Origin: Vampirovibrionaceae bacterium NZW_1234
Lineage (GTDB): Bacteria; Cyanobacteriota; Vampirovibrionia; Vampirovibrionales; JAGQHJ01
Direction: 5' to 3'
Assembly: GCA_041697335.1 (NCBI GenBank)
Contig: JBGUGD010000014.1
Coordinates: 64,001 to 128,000 of the forward strand
DNA: 64,000 nt
Part shown: positions 11,388 through 20,720 of the stretch, piece after piece
Numbering within the stretch: the stretch's first letter is position 1
How the letters are laid out: each line of letters starts with the position of its first letter
Program-made: the position numbers and the translations under genes
Notes under the pieces: generated by a model
Databases searched by the model: none
What the model was told of the DNA's origin: nothing
What the model saw: the letters and a program-made list of their open reading frames with translations, nothing else

Positions 11388-12245
11388 ATGAAGGAGATTT
11401 TTTACATTATGCCCGTCACTCGCTTTGCTCTGACCCTCTCGCTCGCTGGATTCTTCTTGCTGAATGCGCCCGCATTTACGGCAGACCCTACTCCAACACA
11501 AACGCCTCCTTCGAGTGCCCAGAAGACAGACACTTCAACCGCTGCAACTTCCGCAACAACGTCCAATTCAAATAACACAGGCAAGACTAAGAAAGTGTTT
11601 GCCATGACCGCCTCTCAGGATGCGCTTAAGATCACCGACGACATTGCTTTAGCTGAAAAGCAAGCCCAGGAAAACCCGGATGACCCTGAGGCCCACTTTC
11701 TTTTGGCTGCGGCCTACAGCCGTAGTCCTCACCTCGACAAAGCTTTTTGGGAAATGAAAAAGACCAAAGAGCTTCTCAAAGCGAAACAGGATTTTGAATT
11801 CATCGATCGGACCATTACTGACTACGAAGCCGTGCGTCAAGAACAGCCAAATGACACTGTGGTGTTATATCGCCTGGCAATGGCTTATTTTTTCAAAGGC
11901 TACACCATTGAAAAGTACCCGCATCACTACAAAAACGCTCCAACCGGCGCTGCTATTGATTTTTACGACAAAGCCCAGACCATGATGCGTCAAGTTATTG
12001 CCCTCGACCCTCAAGACACCTGGGCAATGAACTATCTGGGCTATCTGGTCTCTGACAACGGAAAGCATTTGTCAAAAGGCATTGATCTGTGGCAGGAATC
12101 TCTTCGGATCAATGACCGAGACAATGCGGGGGCCTACCTGTTATTAAGCCAAGCCTACATGCAGAAAGGTGACATCCAAAAAGCTTTGGTGTATGGTGCC
12201 AAAGGCCTTGCTATTCAACAGTCTGTAGGACTTACCCTGCCATGA
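11388..12245 (+). CDS. Exported TPR-repeat protein
   Basis: Signal peptide, S/T-rich linker, TPR patterns (PDDPEAHFLLA, LDPQDTWAMNYLG). Confidence 0.8.
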   Translation: MKEIFYIMPVTRFALTLSLAGFFLLNAPAFTADPTPTQTPPSSAQKTDTSTAATSATTSNSNNTGKTKKVFAMTASQDALKITDDIALAEKQAQENPDDPEAHFLLAAAYSRSPHLDKAFWEMKKTKELLKAKQDFEFIDRTITDYEAVRQEQPNDTVVLYRLAMAYFFKGYTIEKYPHHYKNAPTGAAIDFYDKAQTMMRQVIALDPQDTWAMNYLGYLVSDNGKHLSKGIDLWQESLRINDRDNAGAYLLLSQAYMQKGDIQKALVYGAKGLAIQQSVGLTLP

Positions 12246-12838
12246 AACTCAAAAACCTTGGTGTTTTCCTCTTTATTGCCCTGCTGGTTCTGGCCGGTAG
12301 CAGCGCCATGCTCTACACACACTTTCGGCTAAAAGCTCAGCAAACCTCCGAATTTTCACCCGATATCAAAAAAATAGAGCGTGCCAAAGGGGAAACCATC
12401 ACCTTGACCGAAACCCAAAATGGGAATCGCAAGTGGGTGCTTAAGATGAATGAAGTGAAATACAGCAAGGACAACAATACGGCCCATATGTCCAAAGTGC
12501 AGGGCCTGGTCTATGGCGACAAAAAAGGAGACACGCAAGAGGTTCTCTTTACCTTTGAAGCTCCGGCCGGCACGTATTTTAAAGACAAAAATCATGTGTA
12601 TCTGACAGATGGCGCCAAAATGGTATCGCCCAGTGCCAAAATCATCATTATGGCTCCCAATATGGACTGGTCCTCCCAAACCAATACCGTCAATGCCTCT
12701 GGCGGTGTGAAGATGCGTAAAGAGCACTTTGGGGAGTCCTCCGCCAATAAAGCCGTTTTCGCCATGGACTTCTCTAAAATTCAATTTCTGGGCCAAGCAA
12801 CATCTGTCTTGGGAAGTCCTCCAAATACCCGAGATTAG
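12242..12838 (+). CDS. lptC: LPS export ABC transporter periplasmic protein LptC-like
   Basis: N-terminal TM anchor then beta-jellyroll-like strands (ITLTETQNGNRKWVL); ATGA overlap with upstream gene. Confidence 0.65.
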   Translation: MKLKNLGVFLFIALLVLAGSSAMLYTHFRLKAQQTSEFSPDIKKIERAKGETITLTETQNGNRKWVLKMNEVKYSKDNNTAHMSKVQGLVYGDKKGDTQEVLFTFEAPAGTYFKDKNHVYLTDGAKMVSPSAKIIIMAPNMDWSSQTNTVNASGGVKMRKEHFGESSANKAVFAMDFSKIQFLGQATSVLGSPPNTRD

Positions 12839-12962
12839 AAAAGCTCGAAGCCTTGTATACTTATGGATGTACCCCTATGCCTTTGTCCCGGCATGGCGGT
12901 TTCGGGTTGTGGGAAACCGGTTCCCCGCGATCGTAACACCGATACTGACATGACAGGCCTTT

Positions 12963-13886
12963 ATGTTTTCCAAACTCCTTGGACTGATTAAGCCCAAATC
13001 CCCGGAAACATTGTATAACCAATCCCTGGATCTTTACGATCGGGGACGTTATGACAAGGCCTTGAAAACCCTGAGAAAGGCCATCAAGCAAAAACCGGAT
13101 CTGGCCATCGTCCACTACACTCAAGGACTCTGTCATGAAAAGCTCGGAGATTTAGAAAGCGCTAAAAAAGCCTTTCAAACCTGCCTGCAATATGACCCTC
13201 AGGATCAGGACTGTCTTTACAATTTAGCTCGCATCCTCTACAACCAGCAGGAGCTGGAAACAGCCATGGCCTATGCCGAATATGCGGACAGCCTGGTCGA
13301 GGATCCGGGGGATGATCAAATTGCCTACTTGCTGGGGCTGATTTACGAAGAAATTGGTGATCACCCCCTGGCCATTGCGGCGTACAAAAAATCCCTTGCC
13401 ATTAATCCGGAGCAAATCATTGCCGGCCTGTTCCTGGGAAAGCTCTACCTCCAGCTTCAACAGGTAGACGAGGCGATTGACCTTTTGCGCCAATTGGCAG
13501 AATCTGATCCGGGACACCTGGAAGTGAATTATGAATTGGCCATGAGCTTGGCTAAGAAAAACCAGTGGGAAGAGGCGATTGGGTATTTTCAACGGGTCAT
13601 TGAAATCGATTCGACCTACATTACGGCCTACAACCAGTTAGGTTTATGCTTTTACTGTACTGACAGACTCCCGGAGGCTGTCGACTGCTATGAACGAGCC
13701 CTTTCCTTCCAGCCAGACTATGCCACTGTCATCAATAACCTGGCGTATACCTACGAAAAAATGAAGCAATACGACAAAGCCATCGAGAAGTTCAAAGCCT
13801 ACCGGCCCTTTGTGGAAGATCAGCCCGGCGAATTGGTTGAGTTGGACGAGCATATTTTACTCCTGGAACAAAAACTTAAAGAGTAA
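12963..13886 (+). CDS. TPR-repeat protein
   Basis: Multiple consecutive 34-aa TPR motifs. Confidence 0.9.
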   Translation: MFSKLLGLIKPKSPETLYNQSLDLYDRGRYDKALKTLRKAIKQKPDLAIVHYTQGLCHEKLGDLESAKKAFQTCLQYDPQDQDCLYNLARILYNQQELETAMAYAEYADSLVEDPGDDQIAYLLGLIYEEIGDHPLAIAAYKKSLAINPEQIIAGLFLGKLYLQLQQVDEAIDLLRQLAESDPGHLEVNYELAMSLAKKNQWEEAIGYFQRVIEIDSTYITAYNQLGLCFYCTDRLPEAVDCYERALSFQPDYATVINNLAYTYEKMKQYDKAIEKFKAYRPFVEDQPGELVELDEHILLLEQKLKE

Positions 13887-13893
13887 AACCCCG

Positions 13894-13927
13894 TCAACGC
13901 CAAGTGCTGGAAGCATCTTGGCGTTGA
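13894..13927. terminator. Hairpin between convergent genes
   Basis: TCAACGCCAAG...CTTGGCGTTGA 11-bp stem plus inner TGCT/AGCA. Confidence 0.6.
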
Positions 13928-13951
13928 TATAGCTGTTTCTGCGGTTTGAAT

Positions 13952-16021
13952 TTAGCCTTCCAATCCCTCATCCTGAGGAACGGTCAACCAGGGATAAATG
14001 AAATCCTGGGCATCAATGAAGCGATCAAAGGGACTGGAGTTAGCGGCCAGGGCAGTAAAAACGTTATTGGTTTCAGTACCCAGATCAATCATCCCATCGC
14101 CATCGGGATCCACCAGCGAAGCACTGGTCCCGAAGAGATCCTTCATCCATGAAGCCTGGTTCAATACATTTTCAATGGCTTGTGCAATCAAATATTGACT
14201 TACTTGGCCATTGTTGCCTGCAGCTTCACGTCCCAAGGCCAATTCTTCGGCACTGACTTTATTGTCGTTGTTAGTATCGTACTTTTTGAACCAACTGCGA
14301 ACCGTCGATGCCGTTTCTGGCATCCAATCAAACTGCACTGCTTTCGTATCTTCTATGGAAAGCCGGTCAGAATCACCGAATGCCGCTGCCAAGTGATTGG
14401 CTTCGCTATAGCGACGATTTTCACCACTGCAACCGCAGTCATAATTCAACTTACCATCACCGTTGATATCCAGAACTGGTGAGCCCATCTTGAGAAGATC
14501 TGCCAGATGGCGAGCTGCATTGGCAAAGTCATCCTGATTTTTGCTTGCAAAGAACTTGGCTGCTTCACTCAGTTCCCGAACACTCAAAGCGTTATCTTTA
14601 TTTTTGTCAAAATCATTGGCTTTGGTCATTGCGAAAATCAGGTTGTTAACATTGACTTCATCAAACTTGGGCAGGAAGGGCATGTAACTGCCAATTTTAC
14701 GTAATAACCCGGTTAAAGGCTGAGTTCTGGCATTGAAGGTTTCACCCAGAATACCTTCCGGCAAATCATCTGCTTTAACACCCTTGGCACCGGATTTGAC
14801 TTCAATACTCAGGCTGTTACCGTCCACTTCAGAGCCTTGATGAGACTTCACAATCGTAGTCATCCCATCCGGAGTTGTGATTTCAACCTGATCGGCTGCA
14901 ATCAACTTGTAAACAGTGCCATCTTCTGTGGTATGTGTTGCTTTCGCCGTTGTCAGCGTAATGGTCTTCAGAGCAAACGGTGCATCTTTGTCCGTAATCT
15001 TGAGTTGAGCGATATTGTCGGCATTCAACTCAACAACGTTGGCCCCGGATTTGATGGAAAGCGTTCTCGGCAATAAGGCAGATCCTTTTACTTCAGCCAG
15101 GGCTTGCTGATAGGCTTCATTATTAATGGCCGTGATGTCGACAGGATCCTCTTCACCGTCGATCTCTTCGCCCTCGTCAACCCCTTCGATGTCGCCGCCT
15201 TCTAAAATGGTTACCGGGGCACTATCTTTGAGAGGAGCAAGATTACGTTGATAACCAACGGAAATCATAATTTCTGCTAAACCATTGTCCTCATCATTAT
15301 GATAGACAATAAATTCCTGTAAGCCCGTGATTTGTTCTTCCGTCTCAACACTTGTATCTAAGGGCAGCGTGTATTTTTCACCCTTGGCACCGGTAATCTG
15401 GTTCCCGACCAGAGTTGCTGATTTATTGGCAGCCACCAGTGTTGAAGTCGGATTGTTGACAGGTGCAGGCGTAATATCATCGTCATCGTCATCATCCTCG
15501 TCGTCATCGACATCTTGGACGTTATCCGTTTTCTTGGGGCTGGCGGCCTTCAGTATGGCGCTCAAGATCAACATATTCACCAAATCATCGGTCAAACCGA
15601 ATAACGATCCTAAACCTTGATTGCTCTTCGGTAAGCCACTGATGCTGTTACCGGCAATGGCCGTGGCTGAACCGAAGAAATTGCGAAGTGCGCCTAAGCC
15701 ACTGCCTCGAGCCAGTGTGGAAGCAGGAAAGAAACCGCCCGGGGATGCAAGTGCAAGCTTGGCTCTCGGATCGGCATAGGCGTTGGGAAATCCTTGAGGG
15801 TTGCTAAACCAGGAGTTGATAGGTGTGTTAGGCATGCCATAAGCCATTTCAGGCAGCATGGTGAAATCCACCATGTCAAAGGGCATGGGTTCAATTCTCG
15901 GATCAGAATACCCTCCAGGATTCACAGGAGGAAAAGAAGCACCCGGATAATTTCCAGGAGCACCATAAAATGCGGCCCCAGGAAAGCCACCTGCTTGATA
16001 GGCTGATCTGACAAAATCCAT
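13952..16021 (-). CDS. Large acidic EF-hand-containing hypothetical protein
   Basis: EF-hand-like loops DKNKDNALSVRE, DINGDGKLNYD, DTNNDNKVSAEE, DPDGDGMIDLGTE; poly-Asp tract; P/G/F-rich N-terminus. Confidence 0.75.
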   Translation of the reverse strand: MDFVRSAYQAGGFPGAAFYGAPGNYPGASFPPVNPGGYSDPRIEPMPFDMVDFTMLPEMAYGMPNTPINSWFSNPQGFPNAYADPRAKLALASPGGFFPASTLARGSGLGALRNFFGSATAIAGNSISGLPKSNQGLGSLFGLTDDLVNMLILSAILKAASPKKTDNVQDVDDDEDDDDDDDITPAPVNNPTSTLVAANKSATLVGNQITGAKGEKYTLPLDTSVETEEQITGLQEFIVYHNDEDNGLAEIMISVGYQRNLAPLKDSAPVTILEGGDIEGVDEGEEIDGEEDPVDITAINNEAYQQALAEVKGSALLPRTLSIKSGANVVELNADNIAQLKITDKDAPFALKTITLTTAKATHTTEDGTVYKLIAADQVEITTPDGMTTIVKSHQGSEVDGNSLSIEVKSGAKGVKADDLPEGILGETFNARTQPLTGLLRKIGSYMPFLPKFDEVNVNNLIFAMTKANDFDKNKDNALSVRELSEAAKFFASKNQDDFANAARHLADLLKMGSPVLDINGDGKLNYDCGCSGENRRYSEANHLAAAFGDSDRLSIEDTKAVQFDWMPETASTVRSWFKKYDTNNDNKVSAEELALGREAAGNNGQVSQYLIAQAIENVLNQASWMKDLFGTSASLVDPDGDGMIDLGTETNNVFTALAANSSPFDRFIDAQDFIYPWLTVPQDEGLEG

Positions 16022-16141
16022 CACACACAATCCTTTTGTTTACACACATCTCTGTATCAATAAAAAAACAGGGATGTAAAAGATTGCTCAAAAACAACGC
16101 CTTGTTAAATAATATTTACATATAAAATATATAACTAAGAC

Positions 16142-17800
16142 TTAGTGAGGCAGGGGTAGGGTTACCGTAAAGAGATACCCCAAGCCAGGGGTTGAGTCGA
16201 ATGTCAGATTGCCACCATGAAGTTCAATCAGTTGTTTTGCAAGAGCGACACCATGCCCCAAACCGTGACTCATCTGTGCTGACGTGTGGAAATCGAAGTC
16301 TTCAGACAAGGCATCCGGTATGTGTTCCGACACACGCTGGCCCGAATCCTTGATCGTCAAGACTAGAGCACTCTGCTGAGACTGCTTTTGAATAGTCACT
16401 TCCACACCCCCATGCGTTGGGCTTAATTGAATCCCATGTTTAATGAGTTGATACAGGATTTGACGCAACCGGATTGGATCAGCCAAGACCCTTGTTAAAT
16501 TGGGCTGAACATCAAACGTCAAGTTTATCTCACGGCTCTGAGCCAATTCTCTGAAAATTTTTTCAAGATTTGTAACCAGCGCCGGCAATTCAATCCACTC
16601 GTAAAACAAGGTCATCTCGCCAGATTCCAGCTTGGCCATATCCATAGTCGTATTCATCATGTCCAGTAAATAGCGACTACTGAGTCTCATATTTTCGACA
16701 AAGCGTGTCACTTTCGGGTCAGCATGCTGATGTAAAACGCTGTCCAGCAGGTCTGCATAACCAATTATCGCCGTCAAAGGGGTTCGACACTGATGTGACA
16801 GCATGGCCAAAAATTGTGTCTGACGCTGCTTTAACACCCAGAGTTCATGGCATTTTTCTTCCAACATCAGGCCCAATTGACTGAAGTCGGCCAGGCAAGA
16901 GACCTGGGATACCATGACTTTGAGCAATTCCAAAGCCTCTGGCGACCATGAAACATCTTCTCCCCGGCACCAAACCTGAAACAGACCCAGACATTGTCCC
17001 TGAACTCGAACCGGAACATTAATGACTTGAGTAACCTTCGCGTCCAACCACTCTGCTCGATCCACAGGGTGTCCCGCGGCCAAAAGGTCTTTGGCATGCC
17101 AGACTCCCCATTGGGATAGTACAGCAGTATGGCGCATCAGAGGCAAATTACCGGATTGAACAGATTCCTGGGTATTCGAAGATGCCGACGGAAAAAACGT
17201 ATAGGTTTCATTCGCTTCACCATCACAGGCGTACCACCAATAATGCACGGATTCGGTCTGACTCATCACGCGAATCTGGTTCAAAATCTGTTCGATCAGT
17301 TGCTGTGCGTCAGACCGCTTTGGTTTATCCTGAAAAAAATGACACACGTTAGCAAAAACCGCATTTTTTGCGTATGTTGCCATCGGCAGTGTCGTCAGAC
17401 AGGCGTCCTGATGCTCTGCCTCAGGTACCCACAGGATAATCTGGGGCGTCCCCCCGGCATGTTTATAGCAGACACATCGAACGTTTTGGGTATACCCTGC
17501 GGGGTGAAGGAACTGTAGTTCAATGTGGGCCAAATCGGCCTCTCCAATCTCATCGGCCAGGTAAGTATAAAAACTACCGATCTGTGCCAGCTCCGAAGCC
17601 AGTCGTGATTTTATGCTCTGTCCGAGAATCGGCTGCCCAGCAATGCCCAAAAAAGAGAGTGCGGCGGGGTTTAAATAAACAACCCGATCATGTTGATCGA
17701 TGCCCAACACGACATCCGATAATTGGTCCACGAGCTGCCGAAACGGATTGAATTCCTCAGGAATGGAGGAACACTGGGGTTCCTCGGAGTATGCCAACAT
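16142..17800 (-). CDS. PAS-GAF-HisKA-HATPase sensor kinase homolog with degenerate ATP-binding boxes
   Basis: PAS (VVYLNPAALSFLG), GAF (INVPVRVQGQCLGLF), H-box SHQCRTPL, ADPIRLRQIL, ELHGG. Confidence 0.85.
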   Translation of the reverse strand: MLAYSEEPQCSSIPEEFNPFRQLVDQLSDVVLGIDQHDRVVYLNPAALSFLGIAGQPILGQSIKSRLASELAQIGSFYTYLADEIGEADLAHIELQFLHPAGYTQNVRCVCYKHAGGTPQIILWVPEAEHQDACLTTLPMATYAKNAVFANVCHFFQDKPKRSDAQQLIEQILNQIRVMSQTESVHYWWYACDGEANETYTFFPSASSNTQESVQSGNLPLMRHTAVLSQWGVWHAKDLLAAGHPVDRAEWLDAKVTQVINVPVRVQGQCLGLFQVWCRGEDVSWSPEALELLKVMVSQVSCLADFSQLGLMLEEKCHELWVLKQRQTQFLAMLSHQCRTPLTAIIGYADLLDSVLHQHADPKVTRFVENMRLSSRYLLDMMNTTMDMAKLESGEMTLFYEWIELPALVTNLEKIFRELAQSREINLTFDVQPNLTRVLADPIRLRQILYQLIKHGIQLSPTHGGVEVTIQKQSQQSALVLTIKDSGQRVSEHIPDALSEDFDFHTSAQMSHGLGHGVALAKQLIELHGGNLTFDSTPGLGYLFTVTLPLPH

Positions 17801-18017
17801 GAATGACGTTAATTACCTACCAATACGCAACAAGCACAGGGTTATTATATTCTTGAGCCCGATATTGAACTATCGCCCTGGTGACTAATAGCCCAAAATG
17901 CAAATTTGTTTCTCATCGATTTTCGTTGCGCTCAGACAAGCACCTTGCGCCCAATGAAAGGATTGACTGATAGCTTTTTGCTATCGAGTGTCTCTAAAGA
18001 CGGGCCAGCACAAACCG

Positions 18018-18026
18018 TGCTATAGT
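18018..18026 (+). promoter_or_regulatory. Extended -10 promoter element
   Basis: TG-C-TATAGT about 35 nt upstream of the HAD gene. Confidence 0.4.
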
Positions 18027-18060
18027 ATTCGCCTTTTAACACTACTCAGCCTGGAAAGAG

Positions 18061-18792
18061 TTGACCGCCATGTTGGATATGACCGATAAACACTTGCTGA
18101 CCTTTGATTGCTACGGAACCCTGATCGATTGGGAAAACGGGATCCTGTCTGCACTAAAACCCGTATTCTCGTTACACAATATTGAGCTTGATGACAATGC
18201 CATACTGGAAGCGTACGGTCAGGCCGAAAGCACTTGCCAAGAAGGCGCTTTCAAACCCTATCGACTGATTTTATCCGACGTTATGGATGTACTTGGACAA
18301 CAGCTTGGCTTTACTCCAACCCCTCAGCAAAGCACTCTGCTGGCTGAATCCATTGCCCATTGGCAGCCCTTCCCCGATACGATCGCCGCACTGCAAGCAT
18401 TGAAAAGCAAATACAAGCTCGCCATTCTGTCCAATATTGATGATGATTTGTTTGAACACTCTGCCCGTCTTCTGGGTAATGAATTCGATTGGGTTGTGAC
18501 TGCTGAACAGGTGCAAAGCTACAAACCTGGGCACGCGCATTTTCACAAAATTCAGGAACTCAGTGGCATTGCCCCATCACACTGGGTCCACGTTGCGCAA
18601 AGCCTTCATCATGACATTATTCCGTCAAAAGCCCTGGGCATTCCCAACATCTGGATCAACCGCCGGGCCGACAATCCGGGTTTTGGAGCAACTAAGCCTG
18701 CACAAACCACGCCAGATATGACCTTTCCCTCTTTAGACGCGTTTGCGGCCTACGCCCTCAACACTGCAACAATGCCCTTATCAGCGCATTAG
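18061..18792 (+). CDS. Haloacid dehalogenase type II (HAD superfamily)
   Basis: LTFDCYGTLIDWE, LSNID, SYKP, HVAQSLHHDI; start may be ATG 18070 or 18079. Confidence 0.92.
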   Translation: MTAMLDMTDKHLLTFDCYGTLIDWENGILSALKPVFSLHNIELDDNAILEAYGQAESTCQEGAFKPYRLILSDVMDVLGQQLGFTPTPQQSTLLAESIAHWQPFPDTIAALQALKSKYKLAILSNIDDDLFEHSARLLGNEFDWVVTAEQVQSYKPGHAHFHKIQELSGIAPSHWVHVAQSLHHDIIPSKALGIPNIWINRRADNPGFGATKPAQTTPDMTFPSLDAFAAYALNTATMPLSAH

Positions 18793-18852
18793 CCTGTCAC
18801 GTCTAGCGGTTCCCCTTCGCAAAGAAATATTACGAACCCCAGTCTCCAAAAT

Positions 18853-18879
18853 TTAATTTTCAGACATCCTTTCCGATAT
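18853..18879 (+). promoter_or_regulatory. Possible sigma28/SigD-type promoter
   Basis: TTAA-N15-TCCGATAT versus consensus TAAA-N15-GCCGATA(A/T). Confidence 0.35.
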
Positions 18880-18920
18880 ACCTTTATATATAATTATAGG
18901 TAATTTGGAGAAGATGGAGA

Positions 18921-19283
18921 TTGAATAAGCGTTGGTACGATTCTGAACCGTCCGTGTCGATGGCTATCAGTCTGCTGCAGAATACCTCACGAGAGAATCG
19001 GGACCATGCCACAACGTGGCTTGAATCTCGCGTGATGAAGCTAAACCCCCATGCAATTCCCACAGTGGCCACCCAACACCAGGGAAACTGGATGTTACGA
19101 CTGATTCAAAAGCGCAAGACATTGACCGAAAAGCTCTGGGTTGTCATTGAATCCTTACGCCATGTGCCGGAAACCGATCGCCGCAGTTTGGCATCAGACC
19201 TCATCAATTATATCGACTACCTCGAACATGAGGCTGATCCGGAGGACTTATTCTCAACGAATCAACTTGAGGCCGTCTTATAA
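18921..19283 (+). CDS. Hypothetical protein
   Basis: 120-aa ORF with GGAG RBS and a downstream terminator. Confidence 0.7.
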   Translation: MNKRWYDSEPSVSMAISLLQNTSRENRDHATTWLESRVMKLNPHAIPTVATQHQGNWMLRLIQKRKTLTEKLWVVIESLRHVPETDRRSLASDLINYIDYLEHEADPEDLFSTNQLEAVL

Positions 19284-19315
19284 CCGACCCTTGTGGTCGT
19301 AGATTCACGATTTCT

Positions 19316-19346
19316 AAAACCGCCTGGGCTTCCTGGCGGTTTTTTT
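19316..19346 (+). terminator. Rho-independent terminator
   Basis: AAAACCGCC...GGCGGTTTTTTT. Confidence 0.8.
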
Positions 19347-19584
19347 CACGCACGCAAGACCCAAGAACCCCCAGCTCCCATTGCGGTGACTTACCCCGAG
19401 AAGACCCAGTCTAAAGAGACATTAACCGATTTGTAAACGTTTTTTCCAAGTAAGGCAATTTTGGACTGAAATTTGTTTTTTTTTAAGTACATCTAAAGTA
19501 TGCCCTATTGGCTTGCGGGGCATTCAAAAATAAACGAACTGTAGGAAACAAGAGAGAGAGAAGAGAGAGAGGAACTTAGGCCGT

Positions 19585-19785
19585 ATGACAGAATTGGAAT
19601 TATTTGATAATCTCGGGATTCTGCTGGATCCAGAGCAGAATCGCGTCAGTGTCACACCTGCCATCCGAGAGAACATCAATATGCTGTCGAGTGTGTTCTC
19701 CGAGATGAATACGCAAAAAAGACGTTTTGGGACCTTAAACCCCGATATCTGGCTTGAGCTGATTCCCTGGCACAGCCTGAACTAA
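19585..19785 (+). CDS. Small hypothetical protein (66 aa)
   Basis: Preceded by a long (GA)n/AGGA tract and followed by a perfect palindrome. Confidence 0.65.
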   Translation: MTELELFDNLGILLDPEQNRVSVTPAIRENINMLSSVFSEMNTQKRRFGTLNPDIWLELIPWHSLN

Positions 19786-19805
19786 GACTCCGTCTGTATA
19801 AAAAC

Positions 19806-19833
19806 CGCAGCCACCCCATATGGGGTGGCTGCG
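19806..19833. terminator. Perfect 28-bp palindrome, probable 3' hairpin
   Basis: CGCAGCCACCCCAT/ATGGGGTGGCTGCG. Confidence 0.6.
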
Positions 19834-19888
19834 CTCATTTGTCTCATCATCCGGCCCCAGACATTATCCATATCCCGCCTAAAATACA

Positions 19889-20626
19889 GTGTTCGATAGA
19901 GGGTATCCCCTCTCAAGTCCTACGCCTAAACGATACGAGCAACAAGAATCCAACCCTATACTAACAGTAGCAAGTACGTTGATGGACGACAAACCGATGA
20001 TGTTGGGAACAAAAGACCAGATTCTCAGGCAAATTCGCCAAATCAATCAGAAAGTCCAGCTTAAATCGATTGTTACCTCGGCCCCTTTTATGGTGACCGT
20101 GGGGATGACCTCACTGATTCTGGGCGGCTTCGGGGGCAGCTATATGCTCCAGCAAGCGGAAGAAGGGGTCTATCCCCCGCTTTCAAAATCCGCGTTCGAG
20201 ATTTTCACAACACGGCCGGAAAGTGGTGTTAAGCCTCCGGCAAAGCCTAACGTTCATGCTGATGAACAGCCTGAGCCTAAAGACTTTTTATCCGAAGCAT
20301 CTGTTTCCTCCCAGAACGACCTCGAAAGCGACGGGTTCAGCCTGCTGGGCCTGGAAGCGGGCGCAACAAGCCCACCGAAATCAGCCCGAGTAGAGACGAT
20401 GCAATATGACCCCTTTGCCCCTCTGGAAGCCAAACGCCCCTATTTAATACCGCCTGAAGATCTCACTCAGAACCACGCACTGGATTCCACAGCGCAAGGA
20501 GACTTTCCATTTTTCCGGGATGTCATTGGCAGTGGCGCCAACGATTACTTGGCTCCAACGGAAGAAACCACCGAGCAGATTACGTCAGACCCAATCTTGC
20601 CTGACTTTGTCCCGGAGCGCTCGTAA
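19889..20626 (+). CDS. Hypothetical single-TM protein with an acidic, disordered C-terminus
   Basis: TM segment FMVTVGMTSLILGGFGGSYML; true start probably 19982 or later. Confidence 0.6.
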   Translation: MFDRGYPLSSPTPKRYEQQESNPILTVASTLMDDKPMMLGTKDQILRQIRQINQKVQLKSIVTSAPFMVTVGMTSLILGGFGGSYMLQQAEEGVYPPLSKSAFEIFTTRPESGVKPPAKPNVHADEQPEPKDFLSEASVSSQNDLESDGFSLLGLEAGATSPPKSARVETMQYDPFAPLEAKRPYLIPPEDLTQNHALDSTAQGDFPFFRDVIGSGANDYLAPTEETTEQITSDPILPDFVPERS

Positions 20627-20720
20627 GCGAAGTCCGCTTTATTGTCTTCACCCGCCATAAGGCCAAAGTTGCCCTTCTCCACATGGACGATTCCTCAGGG
20701 TTCAGGCATAATCACATGCC

